Source of the DNA: an uncultured delta proteobacterium
GTDB lineage: Bacteria; Desulfobacterota; Syntrophia; Syntrophales; UBA2185
DNA: 64,000 bases
Direction: 5' to 3'
Assembly: GCA_963695875.1 (NCBI GenBank)
Contig: CAVOID010000009.1
Span: forward strand, 187,568-251,567
Part shown: positions 1 to 9,958 of the stretch, in pieces
Layout of the letters: each line of letters starts with the position of its first letter
How positions within the stretch are numbered: position 1 is the first letter of the stretch
Program-made: the position numbers and the translations under genes
The notes under the pieces: model-generated
What the model saw: the letters and a program-made list of their open reading frames with translations, nothing else
The model's database searches: none
What the model was told of the DNA's origin: nothing

Positions 1-2778
1 CCAGCACCTGATTCCACGGGTGTGCCACACATTCTCGAACATTCAGTACTTGCCGGTTCGGAAAGGTATCCTCTCAAGGATGTTTTCAATGAATTAATGA
101 GGGGAACGCTCCAGACCTTCATCAACGCCTTTACCTATCCCGATAAGACAATATACCCCGTGGCCAGCCAGGTGCGGGTTGATTATTTTAACCTCGCCCG
201 TGTGTATACGGATCTTGTGCTCAGGCCACGGCTGCTGAAGGAAACATTCTTTCAGGAAGGTCATCACCTGGAATTTGTCAATCCCGAAGATACCGGAAGC
301 GAGCTTACCATCTCGGGAATCGTCTACAACGAGATGAAGGGCGCATATTCCTCGCCCGAATCCCTGATGTACAAAGCCATCCAGGAACATCTCTATCCCG
401 ATACGACATATTCCTTCGATTCGGGAGGAAACCCGGATAATATTCCGCTCCTTACATACGAGCAGTTCAAGGCATTTCACCGGGCTTACTACTCGCCAAC
501 CAATGCGCGCTTCTTCCTTTACGGTGACATACCGCCGACGGATCACATGGCATTTTTGGCCGAGATGCTGGCAGGGTTTGATCGTGTGGCAGTAGACTCA
601 GCAATTAAAAGTCAGGCAAGATGGCAACAACCATCTTCAATACATGGTACCTACCCTATTGGAAATGAAGACAAGCCCGCGGGAAAAACAGTCATCAATA
701 CTGCATGGACGATGGCGGAAAACACTGATTACGAAACAGCCATTCTCCTTCAAATTACAGCCGGAATGCTGGTTGGAAGTGCCGCCGGGCCTCTTCGCAA
801 GGCCCTCATCGATTCCGGACTTGGTGAAGACCTGTCTCCCATCACCGGCGTGGAGAATGATCTGAAGCAGATTGCATTCGTCGTGGGGCTGCGGGGAACA
901 GACCCGGATAAAGCTCTGCGTATCGAAGAATTGATCATCAATACGTTAAAAAACATCGCAAAATCAGGCTTTGACCGGGAATTGATCGAAGGCACCCTTC
1001 ACCAGGTTGAATTCCACGGCAAGGAGATTGTGCGCAGCGCATACCCATATGGGATCGTACTCATGGGAAGAGCCTACCATACCTGGCTGTATGACGGAGA
1101 TCCCCTCGAAGGCTTGAACTTCGCCCGCGTCATCGAAAAAATACGAAAGAAGTGGGAAGCCAAACCTGAGCTTTTTCAGGACATCGTCCGGAAGTGGTTT
1201 CTTGACAACCCCCACCGACTGCTCTCCGTAATGGAGCCCAGCAAGACCTATCAGGCGGAGCAGGAGGAAAGATTCAAAAAAAAGATGGCCCGGCTCAAGT
1301 CATCACTATCCGGCAAGGAACTGGAAAAGATCCGGCAAGATGCTTATAACCTGAAAAAATATCAGACTGAATCGGACTTACCCGAAGCCGCGGCAAAACT
1401 TCCTAAACTGAATATCAGCGATATCACCCGGGAAATAGAGACAATCCCCACGGTCAAGTCGGCTATTGAAAACGTGCCGGCCATGATTCATGACATATTC
1501 ACCAATGGCATTGCCTATCTTGATCTGGCATTTGATGTATCCGATCTGCATGAAGACATCCAGCCATACCTCCCGCTTTTGGGAAAGCTGATCACAAACA
1601 TGGGGGCGGCAGGTTTGGACTATGAGGAGATGGCAAAGCGCATTGTATCGAAGACAGGGGGAATCAGTTATCTCCTGTCGGCAGGTCTGTCAGCGGATGG
1701 TAAAAAAAACTGGCAGAAGATGATCTTTCGCATCAAGGCACTCCATCGAAATGTCAAAGATGCGATCAACATCATCTCGGACATCCTGACATCCGGAGAC
1801 ATGTCGAATGAATCAAGGATGCGCGAACTAATCACGGAGAAGAGGAATGACCTTCAGGCAGCAGTTGTTCCTTCAGGCCATGTTTTCGCACGACGGTCAG
1901 CCGGCTCAGCTCTGTCCGTGCCGGCGTACCGCGATGAACAGTGGCACGGAAGGACACAGCTTAAGATTGTCAACAGCATCGCTGATCAATTTAACGAAAT
2001 AAAGGGCGAGTTGCTGGGTAAGCTGACTGTCCTTCAAAATATGGTATTCCGAAAAGGGAGGCTTTACATTAATTTAACGGCAGATTCAGAAGGAATCTCT
2101 CTCTTGTCGGAAAGCACAGCTGATCTGGTCAGGCGTTTATCCGGCGATGGAGGCATAGGAAACCCGAGTACCCCGGCTCTCTCACCCATCCATGCCGGGA
2201 TTGTCATTCCAGCACAGGTCTCATATGTGGCCAAGGTCCTTTCCGCACCGGCATATGCCGATCCGCTTTCCCCATCTCTGCTTGTGCTGGCTCGACAGTT
2301 GTCAACCGGGTATCTGTACAAACATATCAGGGTTCAGGGCGGTGCCTATGGGGGCATGTCACAATATGACCTGACGAGCGGCACCTTCGCCTTACTCTCA
2401 TACAGAGACCCCAATATCGTTAATACCCTCAATGTTTACCGCGGCGCCGCGGATTTCGCATCCCGGAATAAAATTTCGAGGGAAGAACTTGAAAAAACCA
2501 TAATAGGAACAATCGGTTCTCTTGACAAACCCATGGATCCGTCGAGCCGCGGATACATTGCGATGATTCGCGATTTTACAGGTATCACAGACAACGACCG
2601 CCTGAAATTCAGAAACAATATCCTCGGCATGACGCCGGAGATATTGCTGGAGGACGCTTCCCGTTACTTCGCTTCTGCCGGCGATTCCGCGGTGGTGGCC
2701 GTATACGCCTCACAAGATAGTCTTGAGAAAGCCAATAAATTACTGGAGCCAAAACTTATGTTGGAGACATTGATATGA
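1..2778 (+). CDS. M16C/insulinase-family (presequence protease-like) zinc metallopeptidase, 5' end outside the window
   Basis: Frame open from base 1 (PAPDSTGVPHILEHS); inverted Zn motif HILEH, INAFTYPDKT, VYNEMKG, RVQGGAYG and YRDPN motifs typical of PreP/Cym1. Confidence 0.93.
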   Translation, partial: PAPDSTGVPHILEHSVLAGSERYPLKDVFNELMRGTLQTFINAFTYPDKTIYPVASQVRVDYFNLARVYTDLVLRPRLLKETFFQEGHHLEFVNPEDTGSELTISGIVYNEMKGAYSSPESLMYKAIQEHLYPDTTYSFDSGGNPDNIPLLTYEQFKAFHRAYYSPTNARFFLYGDIPPTDHMAFLAEMLAGFDRVAVDSAIKSQARWQQPSSIHGTYPIGNEDKPAGKTVINTAWTMAENTDYETAILLQITAGMLVGSAAGPLRKALIDSGLGEDLSPITGVENDLKQIAFVVGLRGTDPDKALRIEELIINTLKNIAKSGFDRELIEGTLHQVEFHGKEIVRSAYPYGIVLMGRAYHTWLYDGDPLEGLNFARVIEKIRKKWEAKPELFQDIVRKWFLDNPHRLLSVMEPSKTYQAEQEERFKKKMARLKSSLSGKELEKIRQDAYNLKKYQTESDLPEAAAKLPKLNISDITREIETIPTVKSAIENVPAMIHDIFTNGIAYLDLAFDVSDLHEDIQPYLPLLGKLITNMGAAGLDYEEMAKRIVSKTGGISYLLSAGLSADGKKNWQKMIFRIKALHRNVKDAINIISDILTSGDMSNESRMRELITEKRNDLQAAVVPSGHVFARRSAGSALSVPAYRDEQWHGRTQLKIVNSIADQFNEIKGELLGKLTVLQNMVFRKGRLYINLTADSEGISLLSESTADLVRRLSGDGGIGNPSTPALSPIHAGIVIPAQVSYVAKVLSAPAYADPLSPSLLVLARQLSTGYLYKHIRVQGGAYGGMSQYDLTSGTFALLSYRDPNIVNTLNVYRGAADFASRNKISREELEKTIIGTIGSLDKPMDPSSRGYIAMIRDFTGITDNDRLKFRNNILGMTPEILLEDASRYFASAGDSAVVAVYASQDSLEKANKLLEPKLMLETLI

Positions 2779-2854
2779 TTTTTCATAGGGCGTCTCCCAT
2801 CGAGAAGAGAAGCAGGGATTATGAAAGCAATGCTTCCGTATAAAGTGATCCATA

Positions 2855-3643
2855 ATGAACGGGCATCATGATTTTCTCGAAGAGCTGAGTGCCGTCACTC
2901 GCAGGGCATGTCTCTACTTCCCCGAAATCATAGCCCCGGTAGAAGAAGCCTTTTTATGGAATGTGTCTCTTTCTCCTGAGCAGACCGATGAATATCTTGC
3001 ACAGGGATGGCGGCATGTTTCCTGGTACTTCTATCGCAACAATTGCAGTAATTGCCGGCGCTGCCTCCCGATCCGTGTGCCTGTGGACAAATTCAAACCT
3101 TCAAAGAGTCAGCGGCGTGTCCTTAAGAAAAACGTGGAGACGGAATTTAAAATGTTCGAACCTGTGGACTTTGCGGTTAAGCACATCAAGCAAAGTCTAT
3201 CACTGTACAACAGGTTTCTGGATATTCGCTATAATAAAGCACCCCGTGATTTGGGCGAATACTACAACGAGTATTTTGTATCACCGGCACAAACCCTCGT
3301 CTCTACTTTGTTCATAAATGGCGAGCTTGCAGGCAATGGATTTCTTGATCTTGGAGAAACGTCCCTCTCAACAATCTACTTTTCTTTTGACCCGCAATTC
3401 AGTTCCTTCTCTCCCGGAACCTTCTCCATCCTTAAAGAGATTGAATGGGCCCGCAAAAACGGCCTTCAATATTACTATCTTGGATATTATATACGCGAGA
3501 TCGGCGCCATGCGATACAAGGGGTTATTCAGGCCGTTCGAAATCCTTGATTTTAGCACAGGACGCTGGAACGAGACGGAACGCGATATTGGCATAGATGC
3601 GACGAGGAATACAAAACCGAAAACCAGACGATGGGTTGATTAA
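2855..3643 (+). CDS. ate: Arginyl-tRNA--protein transferase / Bpt (Asp/Glu leucyltransferase) family
   Basis: LAQGWR, CxxCxxCLPIRV, FKPSKSQRRV, SPGTFSILKEI, YYYLGYYI..MRYK..FRP motifs of the ATE_N/ATE_C domains. Confidence 0.88.
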   Translation: MNGHHDFLEELSAVTRRACLYFPEIIAPVEEAFLWNVSLSPEQTDEYLAQGWRHVSWYFYRNNCSNCRRCLPIRVPVDKFKPSKSQRRVLKKNVETEFKMFEPVDFAVKHIKQSLSLYNRFLDIRYNKAPRDLGEYYNEYFVSPAQTLVSTLFINGELAGNGFLDLGETSLSTIYFSFDPQFSSFSPGTFSILKEIEWARKNGLQYYYLGYYIREIGAMRYKGLFRPFEILDFSTGRWNETERDIGIDATRNTKPKTRRWVD

Positions 3644-3660
3644 AACAATAAATATCTCAA

Positions 3661-3773
3661 TTGAAGCTATCCGCAGTAAACTGCGGAGAATCTTCGATCC
3701 ACAAGGAATAATAATGTCTCCCCATTCGCTCGCTTGCCCCGCAGCAAGCTACAGGAATGCGCTCGCTGCCGGA
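3661..3773 (-). mobile_element. PATE-like non-autonomous IS200/IS605 derivative, copy 1 (113 bp)
   Basis: Near-identical to copies at 12810, 17849 and 24867; two subterminal hairpins; ends in TCAA; TGAA target at 3774-3777 (minus strand). Confidence 0.8.
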
Positions 3774-4510
3774 TTCAATCCTAATATCTTTTTCAATCTC
3801 GCCGCATTTTTCGGGGCATACCCGCCGAAATCGTTGTCAAAATAAACGTAAGTATCTCTGTTCCATACCAATATTTTCCGGGCCCATGTCCGTAGTTCTT
3901 CATCCGTATAGTCCGATGCATAGAGTTTTCTGGACCCGTGAAGACGGATGTAGATAAAGTCAGCCGTGACCGTTTCGCTATAGGGATAACGACCGGCGGT
4001 ATCTGATATGCAGAAGGCAATCCGATGTTTCTCCAGCTTTGCAAGAACGATTTCTTCCAGCCAGCTCTTATGGCGTACCTCAAGCGTGCAGCGATGACGG
4101 TACTTTTCCAGACTTGTGCAAAATTCTTCAAAAACACCTTCATTAAAGGCAAGGCCCGGCGGCAATTGAAAAAGGACAGGCCCAAGTTTTTCTTTCAGTA
4201 TCCCGGCAGCACTGAAAAATCGCTCCAGGGATTCACCGGTATCCTTTAAACGCTTGATATGTGTGATATACCGGCTCGCCTTGACAGCCCACAAAAACCC
4301 TTCCGGCGTTTTTCGTCTCCAGTTTTCTAAAGTTTCCGGCCTGGGCTGCCGATAAAAGGTTGTATTTACTTCGACAGTTGTGAAGTTCCGGGCATAGTAC
4401 TGAAGCCATTTGGATATCGGGCACCCATGGGGATAGAAAGCATCCCTCCAGTGAACATAATTCCAGCCCGATGTCCCGATATAAATATTGGAATTCATTT
4501 TCTTTGACAT
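3749..4510 (-). CDS. DUF72 domain protein
   Basis: IYIGTSGWNY, VEVNTTFY, KASRYITH, LFQLPP, YIRLHG, YVYFDND motifs; last codons and stop lie inside the PATE. Confidence 0.92.
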   Translation of the reverse strand: MSKKMNSNIYIGTSGWNYVHWRDAFYPHGCPISKWLQYYARNFTTVEVNTTFYRQPRPETLENWRRKTPEGFLWAVKASRYITHIKRLKDTGESLERFFSAAGILKEKLGPVLFQLPPGLAFNEGVFEEFCTSLEKYRHRCTLEVRHKSWLEEIVLAKLEKHRIAFCISDTAGRYPYSETVTADFIYIRLHGSRKLYASDYTDEELRTWARKILVWNRDTYVYFDNDFGGYAPKNAARLKKILGLNPAASAFL

Positions 4511-4630
4511 AAACCCATATTTACCCTATACTCGGAAAAAATATCGTAATATACGCCAGACACAGATTTAACATCTGTGAAATATTTGTAAAATTAGAAA
4601 AAGTACTACACTGAAAGGAGACCGAGGATA

Positions 4631-4975
4631 ATGAGAAGACTTTTTTCATGTTTCATTTTGATTTTTCTGCTTGCCACTTTCGGTTGTGCTGCAAAGCAAT
4701 CTTACTATTATGATGTAAAGATGCCAGGTGTCGAGGAAGCAATAAATTATAACTCTAATGGAATAGACCTCGCCTCGCAAGACATGCATAAAGAAGCGAT
4801 CAAGGAATTTAAAAAAGCGGTGGCACTTGATCCATTTTATTCAGAGGCATTCCTCAACATGAGCAAATCTTACTATGCCATAGATAACATTGAGTTCGCT
4901 CATTTTTACAATATTAAGTATCACGAGACCGATCAATACAGAGATTATACCTATAGATATCGGTTAGACTATTAG
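4631..4975 (+). CDS. Small TPR-containing lipoprotein
   Basis: Lipobox TFGC after a hydrophobic stretch; TPR pattern EAIKEFKKAVALDPFYSEAFLN; RBS GAGG. Confidence 0.75.
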   Translation: MRRLFSCFILIFLLATFGCAAKQSYYYDVKMPGVEEAINYNSNGIDLASQDMHKEAIKEFKKAVALDPFYSEAFLNMSKSYYAIDNIEFAHFYNIKYHETDQYRDYTYRYRLDY

Positions 4976-5540
4976 AGGGAAACTGATAGAGATAAATCGG
5001 ATCTCCGTGTAGAGAGGATTCGGGATAAAGTACTTCTGAATGCCTCCAGCCTGGAATGGGGAAGTTGCAGGAAATAACGCGGGTTCCCGGACGAAGCTCT
5101 GCTTCTAGCTTTTGAGCAAGCTTCCCCATGACGTCGGGAAAGAGGTAACAGAATACCACATCAGCATCCCGGATATTTACATTCCAGAAATTACTCAACC
5201 TCACCTCAATCCCTTCCATCCAAAGTGTACGGATACGCGCCAGGATGTAGGCCAGAGGGTTAACCTCAAACCCCAGTGCCCTGACACCGTATCGCCTCTT
5301 TGCTTCCCGGAGAACCCTTCCGTCCCCACAACCAATGTCAACGAGAAGATCGCCTATTTTCATCGGTACATGATCAAGGGATGTTCTCACCCGGACACGC
5401 GCGGACGGGTGGAACATGGCACCCTGAGTAATCGGAAACACAGTAACAATAGAAAAAGCAAGTAGTAATTTGAGGGCAAAGAGACCCCCTATTACAATGA
5501 AAGCTGCGATTATCCAGGATGGCATATCCCTTAATCCCAC
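4914..5540 (-). CDS. Membrane-anchored class I SAM-dependent methyltransferase
   Basis: N-terminal TM helix; DIGCGDGR motif I, GFEVNP, DVVFCYL, RVISCNF; 62 bp convergent overlap with the TPR gene. Confidence 0.85.
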   Translation of the reverse strand: MGLRDMPSWIIAAFIVIGGLFALKLLLAFSIVTVFPITQGAMFHPSARVRVRTSLDHVPMKIGDLLVDIGCGDGRVLREAKRRYGVRALGFEVNPLAYILARIRTLWMEGIEVRLSNFWNVNIRDADVVFCYLFPDVMGKLAQKLEAELRPGTRVISCNFPIPGWRHSEVLYPESSLHGDPIYLYQFPSNSLTDIYRYNLCIDRSRDT

Positions 5541-5565
5541 ATCTCTCTTATTCGGATATTGTCCT

Positions 5566-6243
5566 TTATGATTGTCCTTCAGACGTCAATTGTACGAAAC
5601 TTCCGGGATACGCTTTAAGTACATTTTTTTCCTTCATGTAAGTGGAAGCTTCGTCAATATTCGCAAAATGACCGAGTAAAATTCTATACCATACACCCCG
5701 CCCCTGAATATGGACTCTTTCCATGTGAACATCGGGCTGTCTTTTTCTCAGATCTGTTACAAACTCCGTTGCACCATTTTTATCGTTCTCAGGATAAGCT
5801 CTAATCTGTATAGAGTATTTCTTCTTATTTGAGGTTTTTGATGAATCACCCTTGGATATAATTTCAGTTTGACCTTTCAGTTTTGTATCTTCTATCGGTG
5901 GGACTAAAACTGATTTACCGGTCGGACTGTTAATCCTTTGCGGATAAATCCTTCCCCCAAGATTGGTGGCATCATAATGTTGAATAGTTGGCCAGATAAA
6001 AACTGCCGTAAGAATGAACAGAAGAACGGATAAAACCACCAACGCGGCGATAAATGAAAAACGAAGATTTCGCTTTTTCTTCTCCTGTGATGGTGGTTTC
6101 TCTGGTGGACATGGAAGCGTCGCCCCAGCAAGCGTCTCTGACTCTTCTATACGAGGAAACAAGCTTTTTCCACTTGCCACCTCGTGATATAGAGCTTCCA
6201 ATTCCTGCTCAAGCTCACTTTCTTCCAGGCTTTCTTGTCCCAT
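5566..6243 (-). CDS. Bitopic SPOR-domain protein
   Basis: Single TM segment; C-terminal YSIQIRAY...GVWYRILLGHF SPOR pattern. Confidence 0.8.
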   Translation of the reverse strand: MGQESLEESELEQELEALYHEVASGKSLFPRIEESETLAGATLPCPPEKPPSQEKKKRNLRFSFIAALVVLSVLLFILTAVFIWPTIQHYDATNLGGRIYPQRINSPTGKSVLVPPIEDTKLKGQTEIISKGDSSKTSNKKKYSIQIRAYPENDKNGATEFVTDLRKRQPDVHMERVHIQGRGVWYRILLGHFANIDEASTYMKEKNVLKAYPGSFVQLTSEGQS

Positions 6244-6276
6244 AACATGCTTGTTCTCGTCGACTAGCCGATAAAA

Positions 6277-6927
6277 TTAACTTCCAATGCCGAATCGCTT
6301 GATATAACCGTTGACAACGATGCTTTCATCGACCTGGAGACACCGGGCATACGATTTTAGGAAACCCTTTAAGTATACCATGGGCAGAAAGAGGTCGAAT
6401 TTATCTTCTTCGATAGCTTTAAGGATGCCAATCCTCACATTTGTAACTTCGGCAATTTTTTCAAGAGTAACTTCCAGGGCTGTTCTTATTTTCCTTAAAT
6501 CCTCTCCAGTCAGGACATCCTGAGTGAGGATCCCCTGGATCAACGAATTTTGTGAGACCCGGTTTTTCAAATCCTCCGGCCGGTTGTCCGGCCCTAACAT
6601 AACCGGATGGTTGTTCTTAAAATCGTATATTGAAATCGGTTCCTTCGCTTTGTTACTATATTGCCGGCCTTTCTCCAATACACCGAGCTCAATCAGTTTT
6701 TGATCGTATTCGGATCTCGATTCAGGGTTTATCAGGGTAAGGTAAGCCTCCTCCAGGCAGGAAATAATCTCCTTTCTCTCTTCACTGGAAAAGAATGAAT
6801 AACTTGCCATTGACCCATCCTTATAAAGCTCAAATGCTTTTTTATAAGCCCGGCCGATCTCTAATGGTGACGCATCAGGAGAAAGCTCCAGCAGCTCATA
6901 GTTGTTCTGCTCCCGGAATGGCTTCAT
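6277..6927 (-). CDS. DnaJ-like domain plus RodZ-type HTH protein
   Basis: NYELLELSPDAS..EI..AYKK and EAY.TL.NPESRSEYD (J-like, no HPD); LRKIR...TLEKIAEVT...VYLKGFLKSYA HTH. Confidence 0.82.
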   Translation of the reverse strand: MKPFREQNNYELLELSPDASPLEIGRAYKKAFELYKDGSMASYSFFSSEERKEIISCLEEAYLTLINPESRSEYDQKLIELGVLEKGRQYSNKAKEPISIYDFKNNHPVMLGPDNRPEDLKNRVSQNSLIQGILTQDVLTGEDLRKIRTALEVTLEKIAEVTNVRIGILKAIEEDKFDLFLPMVYLKGFLKSYARCLQVDESIVVNGYIKRFGIGS

Positions 6928-6959
6928 GGGGCTTTATTTTATCCTTTATGAAAATATGA

Positions 6960-7898
6960 TCAATGGTAGTTCGAAAAAAGCGATTTCTTTTCCTTTATTA
7001 TTGACTGCATGTTTTTGGAACATTCCCTGAGATCAAGGGCGGTCTGGGTATAGGGATAAAGATCAAGAAAGGGCATCTTTTTGCAGATTGAATTGTGAAC
7101 TCTATCATCAAAGCTTATACTTCCGAGAAAATGCATCTTCAAGGAAAGATGCCTTTCTATAATTTTGCAAATAAATACGCCGGTATTAGGATTATCCTGT
7201 TTTCTCAGTTGATTTAGAACCAACTTGAAATGGAATTCTTGAAGAGCCTTCTCAAGCTTCTCCCCTTTTTCCGGATCTAATTCTTTCATAATATTAAGAA
7301 GGATTTCCGGATTGTTTATGGTAGCCCTCCCGTTTCTCCTTTCAGCTTCATCAGCCAATGCCTTGTAATTATAAACATTGAGCACCTGACGAATCTTTCG
7401 GATATAGACGGAACGGATGAGACGGTAAATATTTTCTACAGAAGTCGGCTCAGGTGTAGTTACTAAAATACCTGAATTTGAAATCATTAAGAAATCAATT
7501 GTATTAAAAGATGTTCCCGCGCCCAGATCCAAGAGAATATACTCATAAGGAAGCTTGGAGATATGTCTCAACAGTTTCATTTTTTGTTCATGGGCAAGAC
7601 TGGTTATATCCAGATTATTCATCGCACTGCTGATGAAATAGAGTTCGGGAACGGACGTGGGTACAACCGTTTCTTCAAGAGAGCTCACTTTTTTATTGAT
7701 GAAATCTGAAATGCTTTTTTCAGGATGTGGAATGCCGAGGATGGTGTGTAAATTCGCTGCACCAAAGTCAATGTCGATAAGAAGTGTCCTGTACCCCTCT
7801 TTCGCAAGCAGAATTCCGAGGCTACCGGTAACAAAACTCTTACCGGATCCACCCTTTCCACCCCCAATGGGACATATATGCGTCACAGGGTTTGTCAA
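6960..7898 (-). CDS. MinD/FlhG (ParA-family) ATPase
   Basis: Deviant Walker A GKGGSGKS, DIDFGAANLH, LDLGAG, TPEPTS. Confidence 0.88.
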   Translation of the reverse strand: MTNPVTHICPIGGGKGGSGKSFVTGSLGILLAKEGYRTLLIDIDFGAANLHTILGIPHPEKSISDFINKKVSSLEETVVPTSVPELYFISSAMNNLDITSLAHEQKMKLLRHISKLPYEYILLDLGAGTSFNTIDFLMISNSGILVTTPEPTSVENIYRLIRSVYIRKIRQVLNVYNYKALADEAERRNGRATINNPEILLNIMKELDPEKGEKLEKALQEFHFKLVLNQLRKQDNPNTGVFICKIIERHLSLKMHFLGSISFDDRVHNSICKKMPFLDLYPYTQTALDLRECSKNMQSIIKEKKSLFSNYH

Positions 7899-8098
7899 AG
7901 CTCGAATCTACGTAACCATTAAAATTAAGATTAGAAAACCAGTTTCTCCCGATCCTATGGTTTTACATGCCTTCTATGTTTGCCGCCTTATATCCTGACG
8001 GTCTCGCAAATATTTAAACCAACGCCAGGTAGTACTGCCAACATAGATAATCACTTTGTCGAATCTTTCACCCTCTTCATATCATAATTATTGAGGGA

Positions 8099-8134
8099 AT
8101 ATCCATTAATTATTAGTGTTTTAAATGTTGCATA
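8099..8134. promoter_or_regulatory. Bipartite motif ATATCCATTAATTATTA-N12-TTGCATA, copy 1
   Basis: Exact 17 bp + 7 bp match with identical spacing to 8644-8679. Confidence 0.55.
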
Positions 8135-8243
8135 CTACAATGTAAAAGACATGATCGGATGCATGCATTTCAGGAATAACAGGATCTCAGTTGAGAGAAG
8201 TATTCCTTAATGTATTCTTTCACCCGGCAGAGAGTTTGAAAAT

Positions 8244-8477
8244 CTAATATTTAAGCTGCTTCAGCTTAGCAAGCATGGTTTTTTTTGTCTTTACAGCTTT
8301 TATTCCTGCTGCAGCCTTTTCATCATTCAAGCCTGTGCTAAGCCAGCTGTAAAAGTCGTTTTTGTCCTTATTACAGTGATACTTGAATGTTTCTTCGTCA
8401 AGGGTCTCAAGAACTTTAATCAATGTCTTAATAGAGTCAGCAGTCTGGCCGTTATGAAAATAGAATACCGACGTCAT
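8244..8477 (-). CDS. Small DUF5752-like protein
   Basis: FYFHNG...L..LDEETFKYH..NDFYSWL pattern; strong RBS AGGAGG. Confidence 0.7.
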   Translation of the reverse strand: MTSVFYFHNGQTADSIKTLIKVLETLDEETFKYHCNKDKNDFYSWLSTGLNDEKAAAGIKAVKTKKTMLAKLKQLKY

Positions 8478-8643
8478 AAGTTAACCTCCTATCTCTCTTA
8501 ACACTGCAAATTGAAATTTGCTTTCCCGATTTGCCGATTCGGTTCCCTGGCAGTGCCACAATCATTTCAACTACGTATTCGCTGGTTCTGTGGTCTTAAA
8601 TAACGATTTCTTTACCATGTTACATATCACAACTATTAATGAC

Positions 8644-8679
8644 ATATCCATTAATTATTACGATTAGGACGCTTGCATA
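8644..8679. promoter_or_regulatory. Bipartite motif ATATCCATTAATTATTA-N12-TTGCATA, copy 2
   Basis: Repeat of 8099-8134. Confidence 0.55.
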
Positions 8680-8845
8680 TTAATCCGAATTGAAGTTTTC
8701 CTTTTTATTTAATCAGTATACACAAAATAATTCCTTTCCTTGTGATCCCCATTACAGTTTTATTTTCTTTATATGCCGATACTATCAGCAAGTCATCGGA
8801 GTTCATATTCAGAATTTCACCCTTGGGAAGTCACATATAAAAGTT

Positions 8846-8872
8846 TAAGGAAGTTTATTAACTTGCCGAATA
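8846..8872 (+). promoter_or_regulatory. Possible sigma28/FliA-type promoter upstream of the M23 operon
   Basis: TAAG-N15-GCCGAATA versus consensus TAAA-N15-GCCGATAA. Confidence 0.3.
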
Positions 8873-9100
8873 TATAAACAGTTGCTGATCAAAAAAATTT
8901 CAGCAGATGACTGGTACATGGGCAATATGTTGATTTCTCTCATAAAATTAATTTTGATCTCAGAGAATGTCCACAAGTTATTGCAATGCACAACAGAAGG
9001 AACATTATTTGCAAAATATTCGAAATGGAGAATGGAACCAAGTGAGGCGGTGCCCTCATAGACTCCGCTTCAGAAAGAATATTTCAAATTAATTTGAAGG

Positions 9101-9958
9101 ATGGCCTTTATGCCACATTACAGAAAATTCAAAATGTTCTTCAGAAAGGCACTTATTCCCGTTACCATCATGTTTGTCCCCCATGATAATTCCCGTAGAT
9201 CTTTGAATTTGAATGTCCCTGCCATCGGTATATTTCTATCAGCCATTTGCAGTGTAATCGGTGCAGTTTATCTCCTATCCATGCTCCCTGATGCCATCAA
9301 ATATCAGGACATGGAAAAACAACTCCTTGATTATTCGAAAAAGGTCGTCGACTTCAAGGCCACACTAGTATCTTTGAAAAAAGCAGAGAAGGATCTCCAT
9401 CAACTGATCTCCCTGGGTTCCAGAGAAAGGATCTTTGAAAAGGTCGACACGTCGGACATGGGGTCATTCGACATCGATCAGGTGCAGGAGCAGATCGAAT
9501 CTTCCATGAAGACCGTCGGCGCCATCAAAGACTATCTGCGATCGCAAAAGGATCTTTATCTTGCCACCCCAACGGGCTTCCCTGTTCAGGGGCCAATCTC
9601 ATCTCCCTTCGGCAAGAGAGTCCATCCGGTTTCGGGACATTCCGAGTTTCACCGGGGTCTTGATATTTCCGCAGATGCCGGCACTCCCATCAGGACAACG
9701 GCGGACGGGGTTGTCGTCTTTTCCGGTTGGAACGGAGGCGGAGGTAATATTGTTGTGATCGCCCACGGTCACGGTTTTTCCACCTATTATGCCCACAATC
9801 GGAAGAATACTGTACAGGTGGGGCAAAGCGTCAAACGGGGAGATATCATCGGATACGTTGGTTCCACCGGTTCCACTACGGGAAGCCATGTCCATTATGC
9901 GGTATGGCTCAACGGTAAATGTAAAAATCCGATTAACTATACAGAGGGCAGATCCTGA
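9101..9958 (+). CDS. M23 family metallopeptidase
   Basis: TM + coiled coil; ISSPFGKR.HP, HRGLD, YAH, GSTGSTTGSHVHY. Confidence 0.92.
   Translation: MAFMPHYRKFKMFFRKALIPVTIMFVPHDNSRRSLNLNVPAIGIFLSAICSVIGAVYLLSMLPDAIKYQDMEKQLLDYSKKVVDFKATLVSLKKAEKDLHQLISLGSRERIFEKVDTSDMGSFDIDQVQEQIESSMKTVGAIKDYLRSQKDLYLATPTGFPVQGPISSPFGKRVHPVSGHSEFHRGLDISADAGTPIRTTADGVVVFSGWNGGGGNIVVIAHGHGFSTYYAHNRKNTVQVGQSVKRGDIIGYVGSTGSTTGSHVHYAVWLNGKCKNPINYTEGRS

Noticed and set aside
3661..3778. Reading the 113 bp repeat as a classical MITE with TTGAA/TTCAA terminal inverted repeats
   Set aside because: Only 5 bp, absent in copy 5 (ATGAA), and no target duplication; the hairpin and guide layout fits IS200/IS605 ends better
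8478..9100. Riboswitch (c-di-GMP-like GGCAAA/GCAAA words and hairpins) in the long intergenic region
   Set aside because: Required stems and spacing not found; an Rfam/Infernal scan would be needed
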